Assembly: GCA_963713855.1 (NCBI GenBank)
Contig: OY970209.1
Location: 416,001-480,000, forward strand
DNA from: an uncultured bacterium
GTDB lineage: Bacteria > Babelota > Babeliae > Babelales > Babelaceae
Direction of reading: 5' to 3'
Length of the DNA: 64,000 nucleotides
Shown here: positions 58,322 through 64,000 of the stretch, in pieces
Layout of the letters: the number at the start of each line of letters is the position of its first letter
Numbering within the stretch: position 1 is the first letter of the stretch
Made by a program: the position numbers and the translations under genes
Notes under the pieces: model-generated
Seen by the model: the letters and a program-made list of their open reading frames with translations, nothing else
The model's database searches: none
What the model was told of the DNA's origin: nothing

Positions 58322-59464
58322 TTAAGAATTTAAATCTCTCGACGGGTTGTTCGCCTCTTTAAGTTGTGCCTTATCGGCATCGACCATGAGTTGGATGAGC
58401 TTTTCAAACGAGACTTTGGGCCTCCAGCGCAATTTTTTAAATGCTTTTGAAGGTTTTGCCTTGCGTGTGTAATCGGTTGGTCTAAAAAATGCTGGGTCTA
58501 TCTTTATAAGTGTTGTGCCGGTTGCGGGATCTATGCCTATTTCATCTACTCCTTTATTTTTCCAAAGCACATTAATGCCGATGTGTTTGAATGCTTTCTC
58601 GATAAATTCGCGCACCGTATGCATTTTTCCAGTAGCTATTATGTAGTCATCGGCTTCTGGTTGTTGAAGACATCGCCACATTGCTTCAACGTAATCTTCT
58701 ACATACCCCCAATCGCGAGCGGCATCAAGGTTTCCGACGGAGAGTATCTCTTTTGCGCCAAGTGCTTTTTTAGCCACGGCTTTGCTAATTTTTCGAGTTA
58801 TAAAATGTTCTTCGCGAAGCGGTGATTCGTGGTTAAAGAGAATCGCATTACAAGCATAGAGCTTATAGGATTTTCTATACAGTTCTATCATCTGATGGGC
58901 GGAGAGTTTTGATATACCGTAAGGGGAGGTTGGTCCATATGCCGACTGTTCATGTTTACTGGTTTTGTAAGGCTTTCCAAAAATCTCTCCCGTTGATGCC
59001 TGGCATATACGTATAGGTTTACCGCGCAGAGCTTCGAGGAGAACTACAACATTTAAGCTGTTTGCTTCAAACGTTTCTAAGGGTTTTTTAAAGGACACTG
59101 AAACACTGCTTTGCGCAGCAAGGTTGTATACCTCATCCGGTTTTATGTCTTCAATAAGGCTTTTGACGTACGTCGCATCATTTAAAGCCCCGTAGTGGAT
59201 AAAAAGACGCTTTTTTGACTCAGGATGTGTCTTGTAAATGGTATCGATTGCAGCTTTTTGCGAAGAGGGTCGTACGCTTCCATGGACTTCATATCCCTTA
59301 TCCATGAGCATCTTAAGAAGATATGAGCCGTCTTGACCATTAGCTCCCAACACGAGAGCTTTTTTAAGCCGTGCTTGGATCGCTTTAGGTTCGTTAGCCC
59401 ATACCGTATTAAATAAAGCATACGTAGCGATGAGTATTAACGACGTCGGTACAGTCTTTGTCAA
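58322..59464 (-). CDS. GDP-mannose 4,6-dehydratase-like SDR with N-terminal signal-like peptide
   Basis: KALVLGANGQDGSYL, YNLAAQSSV, QASTGE, SPYGISK, LFNHESP, FITRKI, GNLDAARDWG; start uncertain (TTG 59464 proposed). Confidence 0.88.
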   Translation of the reverse strand: MTKTVPTSLILIATYALFNTVWANEPKAIQARLKKALVLGANGQDGSYLLKMLMDKGYEVHGSVRPSSQKAAIDTIYKTHPESKKRLFIHYGALNDATYVKSLIEDIKPDEVYNLAAQSSVSVSFKKPLETFEANSLNVVVLLEALRGKPIRICQASTGEIFGKPYKTSKHEQSAYGPTSPYGISKLSAHQMIELYRKSYKLYACNAILFNHESPLREEHFITRKISKAVAKKALGAKEILSVGNLDAARDWGYVEDYVEAMWRCLQQPEADDYIIATGKMHTVREFIEKAFKHIGINVLWKNKGVDEIGIDPATGTTLIKIDPAFFRPTDYTRKAKPSKAFKKLRWRPKVSFEKLIQLMVDADKAQLKEANNPSRDLNS

Positions 59465-59559
59465 GCTAAAGCCCTTCTCGTATGTATTGGCTTGTTTATT
59501 AGATAAGTTATAATGCATGCAAGTCCATAAAATCGGATGATCAAGCATGTACTAATGGT

Positions 59560-60858
59560 TCAATTGCCATTATGCTCCTTGCCGTTATTTACTACAAGAT
59601 CAGGGTAGAGTGAAATATAAAGGTTTAAAAGCCTTCTATCTGTTGTAGTCATTAAACTCTCTCCGATTGTGTTTGTTGCTCCCATTTCAATATGCGAAGG
59701 CCGAATAAGTGTGTAAAAGAGAGGCGCCAAAGACGAGCGTAAAAATTGACGTGCCCATGTTCTTCCATTCAATGCCTTATTTTTATAAAAACGATAATCC
59801 TTATACATCTCGCGTAGGGCTTTGGCTAAATCATCTACAGTGCAGGTATGAAAATGTCCGCACATTTCATTGAATTCCTTAAAACGCGCTTTTACAAGCT
59901 TGTTTGCAGGGACCTTCAGAACGCCTGGAGCTTGTGTAATGCTTTTATGGACCGTGTGGTCCGTGACAATGCACGGTATTCCCGCCGCAAGGGCTTCTCT
60001 AGGCGTTAATGAATAGCCTTCGCCGGCTGAAGGCCAAACATAGGCGTCAAGTGAAGCGATAAATTCGATGTAGTCATCCCGTTTTAAAGTCTCGGCGTTA
60101 ATATAAACGTTTTTCAGTTTCAATTGGTTAATAATTTTGGTAATTTTAGGCTTGTCGGCTCCCCAGCTGCCATGTATTTTGAGCATGACGTTAGGGTTGT
60201 TCTTAAACGCTTGAGCGAAAGCGTGTAAAAGTACCTCGTAATTTTTTCGTTCGCTAAAGCCTGCTGAAATGCCAAAAATAAACGGATTTTTTGGCATTTC
60301 TCTCGTTTGGCGAGCTAAAAGCTTTTCTAGATAAATGGGCAAAGGAATGCAGAAGATAGGCCTTGTTACCCCAGATTCTTGGTAAATACCTATAAGTGCA
60401 GGGTCAGGCACTACTATAGCATCAAACGATTCATTGATAGCTTGTACCCACATGCGTGGCAGCTTTGTGGCTTCAAACATTGAGTAGGCGATTTTTATGT
60501 GCGATGAAGGTGTTTTGCGGTAAAAGGGTCTATTTTTATAGCCGATCACATCAGTAAACAGCGAAACTGGTCCAAGGATTCGACTATCAAGAGATATTGA
60601 TGATAGTTTGAAGGGTATATCCTCTTTAAACATTCCTTGTACCGGGCTTGGAAGAGCAGTGCGCGATCGAACGACGTTAACGGAGAAACGATCTTTTAAG
60701 ATATCGGTAATAATGGTAGAAACAAGCGGCGCGGTAGTTTCAGTGCCAATAAGCCCTACCACATTTACGTCATGCGTAACGCGTTTTTTGCGGCGCTTGC
60801 TCCCTTCAAGATTTACCGTTGCTATAAGAAGAGCGATTAAGCAAAACAGATAGTTCAT
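59560..60858 (-). CDS. GT-B glycosyltransferase (GT4-like)
   Basis: YSMFEAT, ERKN, GEGYSLTPREALAAGIP; signal peptide. Confidence 0.88.
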   Translation of the reverse strand: MNYLFCLIALLIATVNLEGSKRRKKRVTHDVNVVGLIGTETTAPLVSTIITDILKDRFSVNVVRSRTALPSPVQGMFKEDIPFKLSSISLDSRILGPVSLFTDVIGYKNRPFYRKTPSSHIKIAYSMFEATKLPRMWVQAINESFDAIVVPDPALIGIYQESGVTRPIFCIPLPIYLEKLLARQTREMPKNPFIFGISAGFSERKNYEVLLHAFAQAFKNNPNVMLKIHGSWGADKPKITKIINQLKLKNVYINAETLKRDDYIEFIASLDAYVWPSAGEGYSLTPREALAAGIPCIVTDHTVHKSITQAPGVLKVPANKLVKARFKEFNEMCGHFHTCTVDDLAKALREMYKDYRFYKNKALNGRTWARQFLRSSLAPLFYTLIRPSHIEMGATNTIGESLMTTTDRRLLNLYISLYPDLVVNNGKEHNGN

Positions 60859-60867
60859 AGTGTTCCC

Positions 60868-62055
60868 TTATGATCGAATAGCAGCTACCGCTTGAGAGTC
60901 TAAAGTTTGATATGGTTTTCTGGAGCATATGAATCGTAACTTCTGACGTATGGCCTTGAGACCAATCGTATTAGTCGTTATAAGCGGATTACTCCAGTTA
61001 TAGACGTAAAGTGGTTTTTTGATATAGCGATAGTGTTTGTATCCCGTCATCTCAATCATAGGCAACATATAAGCGACATCTTCAGCATATTGAAATGGAC
61101 GTCCATTTTTGTCAAGCAAATCGGCTCTGCTAATTTTTCTAAAAAGTCCTGCAAAAAATGAGCGTAAATGATGTATTGTCCAGTAGAGCTTTTTTCTGCA
61201 CTCTGATCTAATTTTTCCCTGCTCCTTGAAGTAGTTTTTATTAATAGGCCGACAAAAAGCTGGTTGGGTTAAGCTCGGGTAAGTAATTGATTGACCGTAT
61301 GTCAGCAATAGAGAAGGGGTGCGATTATATATTTTATTGAGAAACGTTAACACTTGGTCATCGTAAAGCCAATCATCACCGTCCAATGTGACGAGGATAG
61401 TATTGTCAGGACAAAAACGTTCAACCGCGTAGAGGTAATTTCCTAGGCAATATTTCTTTTCGGTATTCTGTATAAAAATCCATCGCTCAAAATTATCCGC
61501 ATTTCGCTTAACAAGATTCTTTGCAAGATTAAAAGTATTGTCTTTTGAAAGATCGTCCATGTAGATAGCCGTGTAGTGAGGATATTTTTGATTTAAAACT
61601 GATTCGATGTTCTTTTTATACCAACGAGCGTTGTTATAACTCGCGATTAAAATAGTAAAGTGCTGATTTTTTTCAGGATTTCTTTCGCGAGCTCTCGTCA
61701 TTTGGTGACCTAAAAGTGACGTTGCTTGACGCATATTTTTAAGGCGAGAAAGACTTAAAGGCGTATGATCAAGGGCATCAACTTTCGTGAGCGGAGCATT
61801 TTTGTTAATAAGGTATAAAGCAGCGGGTTCTTGATTTTCATAAAGCGCGTGATGTAAGGCGGTTCTTCCTTGTAAATCGCACTCTTTAATGGCATTTTTG
61901 TTTAACGCAAGTATTTCTTGCATCGCTTTAACGTCGCCAATGCTTGCCGCTTTCATAAGAGGTGTCATTTTTGCCGATTGTGCTTGTATATTTTGACAAT
62001 GCGCGAACGCAAGTATGATTGGGAGTGTAATACGTATGTGAAAGTATAACCTCAT
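60868..62055 (-). CDS. Ankyrin-repeat / GT2 glycosyltransferase fusion with signal peptide
   Basis: Start moved to MRLYF; TPLMKAA, GRTALHHA, HTPLSLS ankyrin motifs followed by ILIASYNNA, MDDLSKD, LDGDD, HLRSF. Confidence 0.88.
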   Translation of the reverse strand: MRLYFHIRITLPIILAFAHCQNIQAQSAKMTPLMKAASIGDVKAMQEILALNKNAIKECDLQGRTALHHALYENQEPAALYLINKNAPLTKVDALDHTPLSLSRLKNMRQATSLLGHQMTRARERNPEKNQHFTILIASYNNARWYKKNIESVLNQKYPHYTAIYMDDLSKDNTFNLAKNLVKRNADNFERWIFIQNTEKKYCLGNYLYAVERFCPDNTILVTLDGDDWLYDDQVLTFLNKIYNRTPSLLLTYGQSITYPSLTQPAFCRPINKNYFKEQGKIRSECRKKLYWTIHHLRSFFAGLFRKISRADLLDKNGRPFQYAEDVAYMLPMIEMTGYKHYRYIKKPLYVYNWSNPLITTNTIGLKAIRQKLRFICSRKPYQTLDSQAVAAIRS

Positions 62056-62098
62056 ACAGCATCCTTCTACAGCAAGCCGGCTGTGCTCCTTGCTATTC

Positions 62099-63367
62099 TT
62101 ACGTTGCGCGTCTGGCTTTTCGATTGTATTTTTCAATCAAAGCGTCAGAGGTGGTCATAAGATAGCTACTTGTTATTTCATTACGGGAACCTTTAAGGAC
62201 TTTTTTAGGCCTTAAAAGAGTGTGATAACGTTCTCTCAGGGCATCAAAGGTGTAGTGCGTTGCCCATTTTCTTCGTTCACCAGCTTTTTCGAGGTAATGT
62301 GAATAATTTTCGGCGACGGTGCGTAGAGCTTTACGGACATCTTTGATTAGGCAATTAAAATTATTGCCAACGTCAACGCGGTAAAATTCTTTTTCGCTGG
62401 GTTGTACTAAAGGACACGGTACTGCATATACAAGGCCCGTTTTACATATGGTCTTATGGGCAGTGTTATCTGATAAAATGCAAGGTAATCCCAGAGCTAG
62501 GGCCTCACGAGGCGTAATAGAAAAGCCTTCCCCTTTTGATAGTAACACGTAGCAATCAATGTTGCGCATAAAACGAACGTACTTTTCCCAGGGCAGTTCT
62601 CCAATGAGAAGTTGTACGTTATTTAACTTAAGTTTTTCTATTTTTTTTCTTAGCTCGTTACTGGTCCCTTGCCACATGCTATGAATTTTAAGAACGTAGC
62701 GCGGATTATTGCCATATTCAGCAGCAAAGGCATCAATAAGCATGCCAACATTCTTATTACGGGACAAAGCTGCTGATACACCAAAGGTAAAAGGCGTTCC
62801 AGGTTCTGTTTTAAGGGGAGCTTTTAGAAAATCATCTAAGTACACAGCAAGTGGCAACACAAAAATAGGTATTCTTACGCCGCTAGCTTTATAGACCTCT
62901 ATAAAAAAGTCATCGGGAACAAGAACTGCATCGAAATGTTTATTGAGTATGCCCACCCATGGACCTGGTATGCGCGTTGATTCACACATTGACACAGCTA
63001 GACGTATGCGAGACTGGGGCATTTTACGTGATGGGGTAATCTCAGGCGACCAAAGATTGTCCGTGAGTATTGAAATGTGGTCGCTGGTTCGTCTCTTTTT
63101 ATGTAACGCTACCTTTGTCACGCTTGCTGGCAAGTCTTCCAAGCTTGTAAAATGGGGTCGTGTATCAACGAACTTCACGTTAAAGTTTTTTGAAAACATA
63201 TCAATAAAACTAGTGGTCACGCGACCGAGCCCATTAGCAAACTTAAGGGCTCCAACAATGTTGACGTCTACTTGTTGCTTTCTCTGTTTTTCCGGATAAG
63301 AATGACAAAAAAAGGTATTGAAAATAATAAAGAGTGAGATGTGAAAGGCATAATGAATGTGGCGCAT
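62099..63367 (-). CDS. GT-B glycosyltransferase (GT4-like)
   Basis: SMCEST, RNKN, KGEGFSITPREALALGLP; signal peptide. Confidence 0.88.
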   Translation of the reverse strand: MRHIHYAFHISLFIIFNTFFCHSYPEKQRKQQVDVNIVGALKFANGLGRVTTSFIDMFSKNFNVKFVDTRPHFTSLEDLPASVTKVALHKKRRTSDHISILTDNLWSPEITPSRKMPQSRIRLAVSMCESTRIPGPWVGILNKHFDAVLVPDDFFIEVYKASGVRIPIFVLPLAVYLDDFLKAPLKTEPGTPFTFGVSAALSRNKNVGMLIDAFAAEYGNNPRYVLKIHSMWQGTSNELRKKIEKLKLNNVQLLIGELPWEKYVRFMRNIDCYVLLSKGEGFSITPREALALGLPCILSDNTAHKTICKTGLVYAVPCPLVQPSEKEFYRVDVGNNFNCLIKDVRKALRTVAENYSHYLEKAGERRKWATHYTFDALRERYHTLLRPKKVLKGSRNEITSSYLMTTSDALIEKYNRKARRAT

Positions 63368-63525
63368 GATGTACCGTCTTTCCTCCTTTACACAAAATTA
63401 TAGCTAAGACTACATCCAAATGGAATAGATTGATACCAATTTTGTCTTAAAAGCTTGTTTACAATGCAATGCTATTTTTGATACTATCGCGCTGTATGGT
63501 ATAGAGTGAGGAGACCGCACTGCTT

Positions 63526-64000
63526 ATGATGTATAGCTATTTTTTTATGATAAGTATTTTAGGGATTGGCTTAACTTCTCATTCTCTTAGTCTTGGAGGG
63601 TACAGAAAAAAAAGCGCAGTTGGTCCTAAAAAAGCGCTTATTTGGGGGATTACCGGACAGGATGGCTCGTATTTGACCGAGTTCCTTCTTGATAAGGGGT
63701 ACGAAGTACACGGGGTAGCTCGACGCGCTTCTTCACCAAATACTGATAACATCGATCACCTACTAAGTGATAAGCGTTATAAAAAAAGATTAAAGCTCCA
63801 TTACGGTGACTTATCCGATGCGGGCAATACGCGAAGCGTGCTCCAGGAAGTTATGCCTGATGAGATTTTTAACCTCGCAGCTCAAAGTCACGTTGGCATT
63901 TCATTTGAAGAGCCAGAGTATACTGCGCAAATAGATGGTCTTGGTACTCTGAGGATTTTGGAAGCGATTCGCAGCCTTAATTTGAAGGATAAAGTTAAGT
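63526..64000 (+). CDS. gmd: GDP-mannose 4,6-dehydratase (partial, runs off the right edge) with N-terminal signal-like peptide
   Basis: Manual translation [63 protein letters not shown]...HYGDLSD...NLAAQSHV; absent from the ORF track because it has no stop in the window. Confidence 0.92.
   Translation, partial: MMYSYFFMISILGIGLTSHSLSLGGYRKKSAVGPKKALIWGITGQDGSYLTEFLLDKGYEVHGVARRASSPNTDNIDHLLSDKRYKKRLKLHYGDLSDAGNTRSVLQEVMPDEIFNLAAQSHVGISFEEPEYTAQIDGLGTLRILEAIRSLNLKDKVK

Noticed and set aside
410..63299. Numerous 60-145 aa ORFs nested in or antisense to long genes, and 5' extensions of several ORFs in the track
   Set aside because: Fully overlapped by well-supported genes; starts were moved where RBS, paralog alignment or domain boundaries indicated a downstream codon

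Overview
Low-GC bacterial chromosome segment. Housekeeping genes (mnmE, jag, tRNA-Gly, ruvA, orn, priA, pth, smpB, tmRNA, tsaD, rho, secF, rpmA, polA, alaS, argR plus an arginine ABC transporter) are interspersed with signal-peptide-bearing orphan, ankyrin and beta-propeller genes and two large glycosylation clusters (19.8-30.4 kb; 58.3-64 kb). The gene style (broken canonical operons, eukaryote-like enzymes, secreted ankyrin proteins) suggests an intracellular associate of protists, most likely Ca. Dependentiae/Babelota (TM6); this is inference, not a database result. The most notable features are: (1) a multi-hairpin non-coding element with terminal inverted repeats, present in two diverged copies that conserve the base-pairing (2082-2296, 14970-15265); (2) an apparently exported glycosylation system in which even the nucleotide-sugar enzymes (plant-type NRS/ER, a 4,6-dehydratase, two GMD-like enzymes) and SAM methyltransferases carry N-terminal signal-like peptides; (3) a family of 44-aa-repeat beta-propeller surface proteins with two alternative eukaryote-like C-terminal tails and two orphan C-terminal cassettes, one gene being bracketed by a ~150 bp direct repeat. 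No CRISPR array, rRNA, integrase or transposase was seen. All family assignments come from motif recognition by eye.
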